From Candidatus Altiarchaeales archaeon (GTDB lineage Archaea; Altiarchaeota; Altiarchaeia; IMC4; QMZM01): a stretch of 64,000 nucleotides of DNA. The position numbers and the translations under genes are program-made. Below, in pieces: positions 26,571 through 37,103 of the stretch. The stretch's first letter is position 1. The number at the start of each line of letters is the position of its first letter. The notes under the pieces were generated by a model. The model was not told the DNA's origin. It searched no databases and worked only from the letters and a program-made list of their open reading frames with translations. The stretch spans positions 287 through 64,286 of the forward strand of contig CAVVMY010000015.1 of the NCBI GenBank assembly GCA_963749405.1. Direction: 5' to 3'.

Positions 26571-27655
26571 ATGGAATCCCAGGAGAAATACAAGCTGAAG
26601 AAACTCATAAACGAGCTGAAGACCAAACAGGGCAGGCATACGGAGCTCGTATCGGTCTACATACCTAAAGGCTTCAGCATAATCAATGTCCTAAACCAGC
26701 TTGGAGAAGAACTGGGCACAGCGTCCAACATAAAATCCAAGACCACGATGAAGAACGTCACAGGCGCGCTCGACAAGACCATACAACACCTGCGCCTATT
26801 CAAGCAGACTCCGCCGAATGGGCTTGCGGTCTTCTGCGGAAACGTCTCGGAGCGCGAAGGAGTCCAAGACCTGAAAGTATGGTCCGTAGAACCATCCGAA
26901 CCCATAACAATACGGCTCTACCGATGCGACAAAGAATTCATAACCGGGCCGCTGGAAGATTCTGATAATGCCCAAAGACGTGTACGGACTCATCGCCATA
27001 GATAACCGGGATTCCACCATAGCGCTGCTCAAAGGAGACAGGTATAATATCATAACCAAGCTCGCAAGCGGCTACCACGGAAAACACAGAGCCGGGGGGC
27101 AGTCGCACAGCAGATTTGAGAGGATAATAAAAGGCCAGTCCCTGGAGTTCAAAGTGCGGACAGGAGAAGCCGCAACAAAGGTGTTGCTGCCCCTGGTAAA
27201 AGACCTAAAAGGCATAATCATCGGCGGCCCCGCGGGTACGAAGGACGATTTCCCGGAGTTCCTCAACCATGAACTCCGCAAGAAAGTCATAGCCATAAAG
27301 GACATCACGTATACCGACGAATCAGGGATAAGAGAACTCATAGACAAATCAAAGGACGTGCTTTCAGAGGTGCAGCTCGTACGCCAGAAAGTCCTGATGC
27401 AGAGATTCATGAAAGAGACTGGTCAACGACGGAAACTACGCATACGGAAACGACGTAGAAACCGCGGTACAGGCCGGGGCTGCAGAGGCCCTGCTACTAT
27501 CCGAGAAACTCCCGGAGGACGACATAGACCGAATATATGAATCTGCCAAAGCCATGGGAACAAATGTGGAGATAATATCAGACGACTTCGAGGAAGGCGT
27601 ACAGCTATGGTCGACATTCGGCGGAAAAGCAGCCATATTAAGATACAAGATTTAA
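26571..27655 (+). CDS. prf1: peptide chain release factor aRF1, reading frame interrupted twice (+1 at about 26961 and +1 at about 27418)
   Basis: The NIKS motif (ASNIKSKTT) is in part 1. GGQ ([10 protein letters not shown]) is in part 2. The conserved C-terminus VNDGNYAYG...AEALLLSE...[21 protein letters not shown] is in the third frame and ends at 27655. Confidence 0.9.
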
Positions 27656-27733
27656 AATATCTTTAGAATATACCTTATATAAACTAATTTATACAATACA
27701 TAACGGCATTAAATTTCAACTTCCAAGAAAAAA

Positions 27734-29293
27734 ATGTTACAGACAAAACTTCAATACCTGGTCCTGTTTATGATGTGCGTCCAGGCAGTAAACGCCGAAG
27801 ACTGCGCCGTAAGCCTTCAAGACACTGGAAACGGAGTCCATGCTGTGATGGAAAACTGCAAAAACATCGGCACATTCTCCCTTGGAGGATTATACAACGG
27901 CCAATGGGAAAAACTCACCTACTTCTACCCCCAACCATGGGCCGGTACATTCCTAACCATAAAAGTCGGAGACCTCCTCTACACCGACTCAATAGACCCA
28001 AAAGACGGCATAAGGATGGACCAATACCTAACAGAGTCGCCCTCGGTCCAAGGAAACAAACTACTAGTACAATGGATGCTGCCAGACAACATATCAGTCG
28101 AGGAATCACTTGAAACCATAGAAAATTCCACCCTCATACACCTGACGATAAAGAACGAAAACCCCTACCAGGCATACGACATAGGCGCAAGAATACACCT
28201 CGACACACAGCTCGGAGACAATGACGGAGCGCCGATATACATACCTGGAGACGGCCTAAAGATAACAGAAAAAGAATACACCGGAAAAGACCTGACATTC
28301 AAATACTGGAAGGCCTACAACAGCCAAGACGCACCAAGCATAGTAGCCACAGGACTACTATACGGAGAACTAACCTACCCGGACAAACTGGTAATATCCG
28401 ACTGGAAACAAAGCAAGCAGACGGCATGGGACTACCAGGTAAACGAGAGCAAATCCATACTCGGAGACTCCGCAGTCATGCTATACTTCAATCCAACGAC
28501 GCTGTCCAGCGGAGAAACCAAAGAAATAATAACGGGATACGGAAGCGGCGAACCAGTCCTAAGCAAGCTCTCAGAGATAACAGAAATAGTCCTAAACAAC
28601 ATAACAGGCCAATACTGCATGGGCGAAGACGTCAACATGAAAGTAGACACAGGCTCCAAAATAGACTTCGAAGGATCCCTGACACTCGAAATAACAGACA
28701 AGAACGGAGAAACGGTTTACAGTAAAACCCTGCCAGACCTAACCCTACAGGCAAACTCGGTAAAAAGCAACGAATTCACATACACCATACCAGACAACGT
28801 CACATTCGACGTATACACCATAGACGCAAAGCTCTACAACCCTCAAGGCACTCTCATAGACGAAAAAGAGACCAACTTCACGGTAGACGCCAAAAAATGC
28901 GGCATAACCTCAGTAGAGAAGCCCCAAGGGCCAAACTGGCTCCTAATAGGCCTCCTACTACTAGTAATAATACTAATCATAGTATTCATAGCCTCCCGCA
29001 GAAAAGGTGAAATAGTAGTCACCAAGATAAAAGAAGGACCCAAAGTCACAGTCTCAGTATACAACAACAGCGACCATGACATAAAAAAGGGCGTAATAGA
29101 GGACCGCATAATCGAAGGAGCAGAAGTAGACATACACACCCTAAACGTCCGGCGCAGAGGCACAAAACTGACACTCGACATAGGAACCCTGAAACCAGGC
29201 CACAAAGCATCAATGGAGTACAAGATAAAGAACATAAACGTAGTCCCAAGGGCACTTTTCAGATGGGAAGAAGGCGAAAAACTATCCAAATAA
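27734..29293 (+). CDS. secreted/TM-anchored protein of unknown function with beta-sandwich-like domain after the TM helix
   Basis: 519 aa. The signal peptide is LVLFMMCVQAVNA. The TM helix is NWLLIGLLLLVIILIIVFIA, followed by RRK and a ~105-aa tail. Confidence 0.5.
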   Translation: MLQTKLQYLVLFMMCVQAVNAEDCAVSLQDTGNGVHAVMENCKNIGTFSLGGLYNGQWEKLTYFYPQPWAGTFLTIKVGDLLYTDSIDPKDGIRMDQYLTESPSVQGNKLLVQWMLPDNISVEESLETIENSTLIHLTIKNENPYQAYDIGARIHLDTQLGDNDGAPIYIPGDGLKITEKEYTGKDLTFKYWKAYNSQDAPSIVATGLLYGELTYPDKLVISDWKQSKQTAWDYQVNESKSILGDSAVMLYFNPTTLSSGETKEIITGYGSGEPVLSKLSEITEIVLNNITGQYCMGEDVNMKVDTGSKIDFEGSLTLEITDKNGETVYSKTLPDLTLQANSVKSNEFTYTIPDNVTFDVYTIDAKLYNPQGTLIDEKETNFTVDAKKCGITSVEKPQGPNWLLIGLLLLVIILIIVFIASRRKGEIVVTKIKEGPKVTVSVYNNSDHDIKKGVIEDRIIEGAEVDIHTLNVRRRGTKLTLDIGTLKPGHKASMEYKIKNINVVPRALFRWEEGEKLSK

Positions 29294-29670
29294 ACCGAAA
29301 GCTTTATAAACCAGTTTGCATATATAAATAAGCCCAGCATATAATGCAAACAAAACAAATGATGCTGGCAAATACGGAAAACCGTTTTAAAAGGGTATAA
29401 GCAGGCTATATACCTGAACAACAAGTATTTATATAACCTGCTTTTAAAATTAATACATATACATAGTTTATTTTTAAAGGGTATAGAGTAATATATAACC
29501 TAACCAACTACCCTTTATTTCAAAAAGATAAAAAAAATAAAATGAGGTGTTTGGTTCCCAAATAAAAAAGGAATTATAAAATGGCAACGGGCAGGTTTTT
29601 CAACGGATATCTAAATAAGACAAGTAAAAATAAAAAAAATAAAACCGTAAACAACGGAGGACTTCTAAAA

Positions 29671-32656
29671 ATGAATACAACAAAATTAATGACAATAGGG
29701 CTCCTAATACTCGGGCTCTTCGGACTAAGCGGAATGGCGACAGCAACAGTCACCCCCGCTGACGGCAACGATGGCGTATATTTTGTCGGTGAACCATTAA
29801 CAATTACATGGACCGGCACCGCGCTATACAGTTATGTATGGATTACAAACGACTCCACCAATCTGACCAACACAAGTGCTTTCTGCATAGGTGCCCCCTC
29901 CGCAGGAATGCAATTGTCGTATGTGAACAGCTACGTGTTGAATACAAGCCTCAACTGCACTGCAACAGGTACATACTTCGTCTATGTAAGCAATACAAAC
30001 AATGCCACATCCCCTAATGTAAGTGCAAGTATGGACAATGCATACTTTGGACTGAACAGCTTCGCAGTAGCAGTATCCCCTGACTACACCAAGTACGGCG
30101 TATTCTCAGGAGACAACGCAACAGTAATAATAACGACAGCAGGACCACTGCCTGGAGCAACAAGAGTCGCCGCAACCTTTACAGTAGCGACAACCGAGAC
30201 TAACAGAACACCTGTAAAAGTATCCACAGACGCAACCAGCGGCAACATAACCTATAAGATACCTGTAAGCTCAACAGCAGGAACCTATAATGTAACCGTA
30301 GCAAACGGCGCAGCACAGGACACCAGCGGGAAATACGCTGTAAGAACCTTCAACATAAGGGCATACGACAGGACCGTGAGCACAAACGCGACATCCGTAG
30401 TCCTTGAAGCGCTTGACGAAAACGGGGCTCAGGCAAATTACTCAACATCCGCTGGAACAGCTGCATCATTCAACCTGACAATATCAAAATCAGACGACTT
30501 ATGGAATGCAACAGCAGGTGAAAGCACAATAACAGTAGCATTCCCAGTAAACACAAAAACCTCAACAGTCGCAACCAATCTGGCAACAGGTGCGACGATA
30601 GGAACAGCAACAATAACCGCAACCTGCCAGAACTTTACTCTAAGCGACAGCGCAACCTACACAGACTACGCAGCAAACCAAAACATAACAATAACAAACA
30701 CCAAATATAATGGAACCGTGGCAACCACGTTCAACGTAGACCAGAACGTGACCATCGCGGGATGGATTAATGATGCCTCTAAAGCAGTTATGCTGAACAT
30801 AACGAATGGAACTGCGAATGGAAGCGCGGTTGTGAAGCAACTCACAGCAACTCCTGCGACAAATGGAACCTGGACAGTGGACTGGAACACATCCACGTCA
30901 ACACTATACAACCTTGGAACCTATACAATACTCGTATGGAAGAACGGCTCAGTAAACAACAGCGAGAACGCAACAACAACCGTAACTCTGAACGATGCAA
31001 TAGCGATAACATCAACGACCAGCACATACAATGGAAGCACCTTAACAGATGCCGTATACGCAGATAATACCCTGACCATAAACGGCACATCCACAAGAGC
31101 TGACGGTGCAACCATAACAGTCAACGTAACCAATGCAAACGGATACACAAGTGCAACCACTGCCACAGTGACAAACGGAACATTCTCGAAAACATGGGCT
31201 GCAACAGGAATAACAGCAGCAGGGGCCTACACAGTGAAAGTCAATGATTCCCTGGTAAACGCCTCAAAGACAATAACCGTAAATAACGTCATAGCAGTAA
31301 ATGCACCCGCAACCGGACCTACCGGGTCCGTTGTAACGATAAGCGGAACCTCTACAAGAGCCAATGGAACAGTCATACACCTTAGCGCAACCGATGCATA
31401 TGGCTTCTCAGTAATGAAATCATACGCCAATGCAACAGTAAGCGGCGGTAACTGGAGCTACAACTGGAGCACAGTAAATATTGTCACACTGGCTGCCCTA
31501 CAAACAGGCACCTACACGATAATGGCAAACGATACCATATCAACAGCAACAGACACAATAACCCTTGATAGCGGGTCGATAAGCGGCGTAGCAGACTGCC
31601 CCGGCAAGTATCTTCCTGGACGACGACACAGTTAACATAAGCGGAACAACGTCATTCCCCGCGGGGACGACAGTTGACGTAAACATAACCAACTGCGCAG
31701 GCGTTTCAATAAACACAACGACCGCGACAGTCGCTTCCGACCAGACATTCCTGGCAACCTTCACTCCAAACGCAGCTGCAGTCTTGGCGAATATAAAAGC
31801 TAACACCTCGATAGCAACAGGAGTCCCGGCAACGCTCTGTGCGGTAGTTAACATAGGCGCAATAAACGGGTCAACCACCTTTGCAATAAAAGACAACCTT
31901 GCGCTGACGACGGTAGCATCCGCAGTATCTGGAGATTTGGTAATGCTGACAGGAACCTCAAGCAGGCAGAATAATACCGCAATAACCATAACAGTAAGCC
32001 TGGCAAACTACGCAGAAACAGAGTCCGCAACAGTATCCGGAGGAGCATTTACCAACACTACCTATTATGCGACAACTACTGGATTAGTCAGCGGAGCAGC
32101 ATTACCTGCAGGAACCTATACGATAAACGCGTCAGACGGAGTAGTATCTGCAATAACGACGATAAACATTGTGACAACCGGCGTCATAGCGATAACTGCA
32201 CCAGCATACCAGCAGAACATATCCATAGGCGACAACTATAACATAATGGGGACAAGCAACAGAGCAAACGGAACCGGAGTCAACATAACGATTAACGGCC
32301 AGAACTCAACAAGACTTGCAACGACAGTCAACACCCTAGGAGCGTTCAACGCTACGTGGAACACCACCGGTTATGTAGCGGGTTACTACTATATAAACGC
32401 GCAGGCAGTCGTGAACGGCCAGTTATCTGAGAGCACAACAGTACTCGCATTCCTGACGGCGGCAAGCACAACAACCACCACGACCACAACCCTAGGAAAC
32501 GGGACGACAACAACAACTACGTCAACAACGACCACAAGCATACCTGCAGCCCCAACGATCATGCAAGTAATAAATGCGATTAACCTATGGGCTAATAATC
32601 AGATGACTATAAACGATTTGATGATTTGGATACAGAGGTGGGCTTCATCCGCGTAA
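29671..32656 (+). CDS. large sequon-rich cell-surface (S-layer-like) glycoprotein, reading frame interrupted (+1) near 31594
   Basis: The signal peptide MNTTKLMTIGLLILGLFGLSGMATA follows a GGAGG RBS. There are dozens of N-x-T/S sequons and repeated ...ISGTSTRANGT... modules on both sides of the break. The protein ends with a poly-Thr linker and a W-rich tail. The track ORFs 29581..31635 and 31784..32656 are one gene. Confidence 0.6.
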
Positions 32657-32791
32657 GTGGTATCCAAGCTCTTAAAAGTCTCACTTTTAAGAGTGATTAA
32701 TTTTTTTTTACATAAAAAATACCATCAAGATAAAAAATTTACGTAATCCATAAAATATGAAAACGTATGACTCAAAAAAAGAGGTTAAAAA

Positions 32792-34315
32792 ATGGAATTA
32801 AAAAAATTTAATAAACTATTTGTAATCGGACTGGTTTTAATTATGGTGCAGGGAGTATTCGCAACCACCCTCACAAGAAGTGTATCTTCCTCGAGCGTGT
32901 CTGCAGGATCAACAATCACAGTGACTTTGAGTTTGCATGTTACTACAAATCTGATAAGCGTTGCCCCTGTAGAAGACATACCTCAAGGATGGACCGTCAG
33001 CGGCATAACTGGCGGTTTCATGCATTCTGAGAAGCAACCTGACTCGCAAGGTCCCCACCGAATTGAGTGGATACAGTTAACTTCAGACCCAAACGTATCA
33101 CTATCTGATCAAACATTCACCTACCAATTACAGATTCCTTCAAATGCTTCAGGGACTATAAGTTTTGCCGGATCATCTGTGATTTTTGCTAACAAGGGAA
33201 CTAACAGCACAGATACTATTGGCGGGACCCAGTCTATTACCATAATAGGTACGGCGACCACCACAACAAGTACGACGACTACAACCCTGCCAGTTCCAGC
33301 ATATGCTGTAAGAACGTTTTCCTCAACAACTGTGAGGCCAGGTGCAAGTTTCACTGTTTATTTGAATTTTGTCGTTAACCCTGCAATGATGCCTACAAAT
33401 GTTGGAATAGCTGAAACTGTTCCCACTGGCTGGACTATTTCAAGTGTATCTAATAACGGGCTGATACTCGGTGGAAATCAAATTACATGGTTTTTCTCAA
33501 ATACAGTGACCAATTTAACAAATCCCATACAGAATGCAGGTCTTACCTATACAATAACAGCGCCTAGCACGACCGGGGTAGGAACTTTTTCAGGTACTGT
33601 TGATTACGGAACGGGTACAAATGCAATATCCGGAAGTAACCGGGTTACAGTACAGAGGAAGAGCACGAACAACAACGACTTCATTGTAACGCTTCCCTCA
33701 GGAACGATGTATGCAAATAACGCAGTAGCTATAGTGGTTACCGACTCAGACTCAAAAGACCCAGTAGCCAAAGCAGGCGTTGACGTATACCTAGGAGCAG
33801 ACAACAACGGACAGAAAGTAGCCTACGGTACAACAGACGAAAACGGAACATTCACGTTTACTCCTGCAGCTGCAGGCCAGTACACTATATACGTTGACAT
33901 GTCCCGATACAGAGAATACAAAGAATCACTAACCGTGAGTGCAGGAGCACCCACGACAGCACCCACAACAACTGCAATCGTAACGACGACCCAGCAGGTG
34001 ACAACCATGCCAGTGACAACCATACCTGTCACGACAACCCCCAGAGTGACAACGACATCACCCCCGGTGACAGAAGCCCCGGCAACAACACAACCAGAGG
34101 AAACCACCACCACACTTGAAGAAGTCACACCAACCACGGAGCCCAGTACAACAGGCGGCGGATCCAACATGGTACTAATCGGAATAGTAGTGATTATCAT
34201 AATTGCCGCAGTAGTCTTCTTCCTGGTGAAGGGGAAGGGAAAAGGCAAGCCCGCCGAGAACGGAAAAAAGGGAAAAGAAGAGAAGGCCTCCAAGCCCTCA
34301 GACGCTAAAGCGTAA
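32792..34315 (+). CDS. cell-surface protein: two CARDB/DUF11-like repeats, CarboxypepD_reg-like domain, Thr/Pro stalk, C-terminal TM anchor
   Basis: 507 aa with a signal peptide. The repeats read ...IPQGWTVSG... and ...VPTGWTISS.... The carboxypeptidase-regulatory-like segment is VTDSDSKDPVAKAGVDVYLG...GTTDENGTFTF...GQYTIYV. A TTAPTTT...PVTT stalk, a TM helix and a KGKGKGK tail follow. Confidence 0.6.
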   Translation: MELKKFNKLFVIGLVLIMVQGVFATTLTRSVSSSSVSAGSTITVTLSLHVTTNLISVAPVEDIPQGWTVSGITGGFMHSEKQPDSQGPHRIEWIQLTSDPNVSLSDQTFTYQLQIPSNASGTISFAGSSVIFANKGTNSTDTIGGTQSITIIGTATTTTSTTTTTLPVPAYAVRTFSSTTVRPGASFTVYLNFVVNPAMMPTNVGIAETVPTGWTISSVSNNGLILGGNQITWFFSNTVTNLTNPIQNAGLTYTITAPSTTGVGTFSGTVDYGTGTNAISGSNRVTVQRKSTNNNDFIVTLPSGTMYANNAVAIVVTDSDSKDPVAKAGVDVYLGADNNGQKVAYGTTDENGTFTFTPAAAGQYTIYVDMSRYREYKESLTVSAGAPTTAPTTTAIVTTTQQVTTMPVTTIPVTTTPRVTTTSPPVTEAPATTQPEETTTTLEEVTPTTEPSTTGGGSNMVLIGIVVIIIIAAVVFFLVKGKGKGKPAENGKKGKEEKASKPSDAKA

Positions 34316-34325
34316 GCTTCTTAAT

Positions 34326-34362
34326 CTTCTTTTTTTATTTTTTCTTTTTCTGTTTTTTTTTT
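34326..34362 (+). terminator. oligo-T tract cluster (archaeal-type termination signal)
   Basis: The sequence TTCTTTTTTTATTTTTTCTTTTTCTGTTTTTTTTTT lies directly after the stop of the surface-protein gene. Confidence 0.4.
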
Positions 34363-34643
34363 ATTTCTTTATATTTCTATTAGATATTCTTTTAACCCAT
34401 TACAGGGCACAAATATAACCTGCACGGTCCATGTGCCAGCCTCGCTCAATCAGACCTACTGGTTCATGCTCGGCGTTCCAGGCAACGCAATGGGACAAAC
34501 AGTTCAGTCAATTTATCACAAAACAACAAGACAACCTCCTTTTCTGTTCTGTTCTTTTTCATAGAACGTATCCTCTGTTACAGCCTGATATTTAAGACTT
34601 CCGTCTTTAATTCTAATCACCAGTTGTATGGCAGGCGGGAAAA

Positions 34644-36269
34644 ATGAACGACACAGATCAGCTTTTTGAGAGAGTAGTTAAAGAAGGGGGCAAGAGCCCG
34701 GAAGAAGTCCGGGAGATGATAGAAAAAAGAAAAGCCGCTACTCACGGCCTGCTCTCAGACTACGGGGCGCTCTACGCAGTCGCAAAAGAGCTGGGACTGG
34801 GCATCGCCACAGAGAAGATCACAGTCACGAAACTCTCAGACATCCGGCCTAAGTCGCCTTACAACGTCGCAGGAAGGGTGAAAAACATTTTCCCGCCTAA
34901 GGAATTCTCAAAGAAAGACGGCGGCGTGGGCAAGATTGCAAGCCTTGTCATCGCCGACGGCTCCGGGGAAGCGAGACTGGTCCTCTGGGACAATAATGCG
35001 GATACTGCAAACCTGCTGAAGAAAGGCGACATCGTGCTCCTGCGCAACGGCTATGGAAAAGAAGGCCTTGGAGGCAGCGTAGAGATACAGGCTGGCTCCA
35101 TGTCAAGCATTATCGTGAACCCCAAGATAAGCATGGATATCCCCGAAGTAAAGGAAGAAAGGACCAAGATAAAAGACCTTGCCAGGGGAATGTCCTCAGT
35201 CAACCTGTTATGCAGGGTATCAGTTTATTACCCGCCGGTCGAATTCAAAAGGCCGGACGGCTCGGAAGGCGTACGATCATCCTTTATCGGCGAAGACGAG
35301 ACCGGGAAGGTGCGCGTGGTGCTATGGGGCGACGCAGCCAGGAAAGAGCTTTCAGCCGGTGAATATGTCAAAGTAGACAATGCCTATACAAAAGAGTCTC
35401 TAACTCATGCCATAGAGCTGCATGTAGGCAACAAGAGCATGTTATCCAAAACCGACGAGATATTGGAACTGTCGCCTCTCGCACAGGCACAGGAGATGAA
35501 AATCAACCAAATAAAGCCAGACATGCAGGGCTTCTCCACCGTAGCACGCGTGCTGCGAACATACGAGCCCCGCGCATACACGAACGGGACGCTCGCATCG
35601 ATAATAGTAGGCGACGACACCGGAACAATTCGCACGGTCCTATGGAACGAAAAATCCGACATAGTGAACGAACTCTCAAAAGGCGACGCCATAAGGATCA
35701 AAAACGCCTACGCAAAAAGCAGCCAGAAAGGCGAAACAGAGATACACATAGGAAAATACGGAGAAATAATCCAGAACGAAGACCTGGAGATAGCATCGCT
35801 GCAGGACATAGAAAAATCCCTTGTGAGCGAGAAAAAGATAATCGATTTGCAGAATGACGAGCGGCATGTGCTGATAAAAGGAAAAATAGCTGACATAGAC
35901 GAAGGACGCAAGCTTTTGTACATGACCTGCTCTTCCTGCAACAAACGCGTTCAGAATGCAGGAGGAGTCTGGTTCTGCGAATCATGCAATGGCGACGTCG
36001 AACCCACCCCGAACCTGAAGATATCGCTGTCAGTCGAGGACGAGACCGGAAGCATACGCGCAGTCGCATTCAAAGAGAGCGCGGAAAAAATCCTCGGCCT
36101 GGACATGGAGGAAGTGATGAACATAATAGGCGAAACCCAGGACGAAGCAGAGCCCATCCGCCAGGTAAGAGAAGGGCTCATAGGAAAACCCATAACCCTT
36201 ACCGGCAGAGTGAAATACAGCGACTACTCAGACCAGCTGGAATACCTCATAGAAGAGGTCGAAATATAA
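34644..36269 (+). CDS. rpa: replication protein A (RPA) large subunit, multiple OB folds plus zinc ribbon
   Basis: 541 aa. Three similar OB units are visible (...GRVKNIFPPKEF..., ...CRVSVYYPPVEF..., ...ARVLRTYEPRAY...). A fourth OB contains CSSCNKRV...CESCNG. Confidence 0.8.
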   Translation: MNDTDQLFERVVKEGGKSPEEVREMIEKRKAATHGLLSDYGALYAVAKELGLGIATEKITVTKLSDIRPKSPYNVAGRVKNIFPPKEFSKKDGGVGKIASLVIADGSGEARLVLWDNNADTANLLKKGDIVLLRNGYGKEGLGGSVEIQAGSMSSIIVNPKISMDIPEVKEERTKIKDLARGMSSVNLLCRVSVYYPPVEFKRPDGSEGVRSSFIGEDETGKVRVVLWGDAARKELSAGEYVKVDNAYTKESLTHAIELHVGNKSMLSKTDEILELSPLAQAQEMKINQIKPDMQGFSTVARVLRTYEPRAYTNGTLASIIVGDDTGTIRTVLWNEKSDIVNELSKGDAIRIKNAYAKSSQKGETEIHIGKYGEIIQNEDLEIASLQDIEKSLVSEKKIIDLQNDERHVLIKGKIADIDEGRKLLYMTCSSCNKRVQNAGGVWFCESCNGDVEPTPNLKISLSVEDETGSIRAVAFKESAEKILGLDMEEVMNIIGETQDEAEPIRQVREGLIGKPITLTGRVKYSDYSDQLEYLIEEVEI

Positions 36270-36283
36270 ACTGCTTTTAAAAA

Positions 36284-37063
36284 ATGGGCATGTATCAACC
36301 GCAGGACTACGTCATCTACATAGGGATACTTATAATAGTCCTCTGGCTACTCCTAAAAGTCTTCCAGAAAATAAAGCTGGACAAAAAATTCATAACCGCG
36401 ATCTCGCCATACATACTGGTAGGCATATTCATTCGGGTTCTCGCAGACACGCACACAGTGGAATTCAGCCAATGGTGGTCAGTCACGCCCGGTGTGTATA
36501 TCCTGGCAATGGTGCTTGCATGGGCATCCATAGCAATCGGCTACGCCACGCAGAAAATCACAAAAATAGGATACCACCTTGTTTCATTCACGATAGGAAC
36601 AGCTCTATCGCTTTTCCTGCTCTGGAAGATAAGCGAATACATGATCAATCCCGGAACGATACTATACACCCTTGCAATGGCGGCATCCCTCACGCTCGCT
36701 ATCTACGCAATATCAGTGCTCGCACATGTGCGCCTATTCCAGGACAAATACAACCTGGCCATCATGTTCGGCCACATGCTCGACGGCTCATCGACGTACA
36801 TAGCCCACGACTATTTCGGCTTCTACGAAGAACACATACTGCCAAACTATTTCATCGGACTATTCGGCAACAGCGCATTCGTGATGATACCGATAAAGAT
36901 CATAATAGTCGCACTCACGCTCTATTTCATGGACAAATGGTATAACGGGGAGCCAAGAACCGAGAGAAACAGGAACATCTACATCCTACTGAAACTGCTC
37001 ATATTCATAGTCGGATTCGGGCCCGGACTGAGAAATACGCTGCTGCCGGCATTGAGACTCTGA
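36284..37063 (+). CDS. DUF63-family archaeal membrane protein
   Basis: 259 aa with about 7 TM helices. The motif GHMLDGSSTYIAHDYFGFYEEHILPN resembles the DUF63 signature. Confidence 0.45.
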   Translation: MGMYQPQDYVIYIGILIIVLWLLLKVFQKIKLDKKFITAISPYILVGIFIRVLADTHTVEFSQWWSVTPGVYILAMVLAWASIAIGYATQKITKIGYHLVSFTIGTALSLFLLWKISEYMINPGTILYTLAMAASLTLAIYAISVLAHVRLFQDKYNLAIMFGHMLDGSSTYIAHDYFGFYEEHILPNYFIGLFGNSAFVMIPIKIIIVALTLYFMDKWYNGEPRTERNRNIYILLKLLIFIVGFGPGLRNTLLPALRL

Positions 37064-37103
37064 TCCTCGTGTTTTTAATAGCCGAATTTATATTTAATAG
37101 TGA

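Noticed and set aside
32461-32540. Repetitive ACN-rich tracts that look like tandem repeats (also 33250-33290, 33950-34130 and 54050-54170). I considered them as possible CRISPR or microsatellite arrays.
   Set aside because: They are in-frame poly-Thr/Pro linkers inside long ORFs. There is no repeat-spacer periodicity. I found no CRISPR array anywhere in the window.
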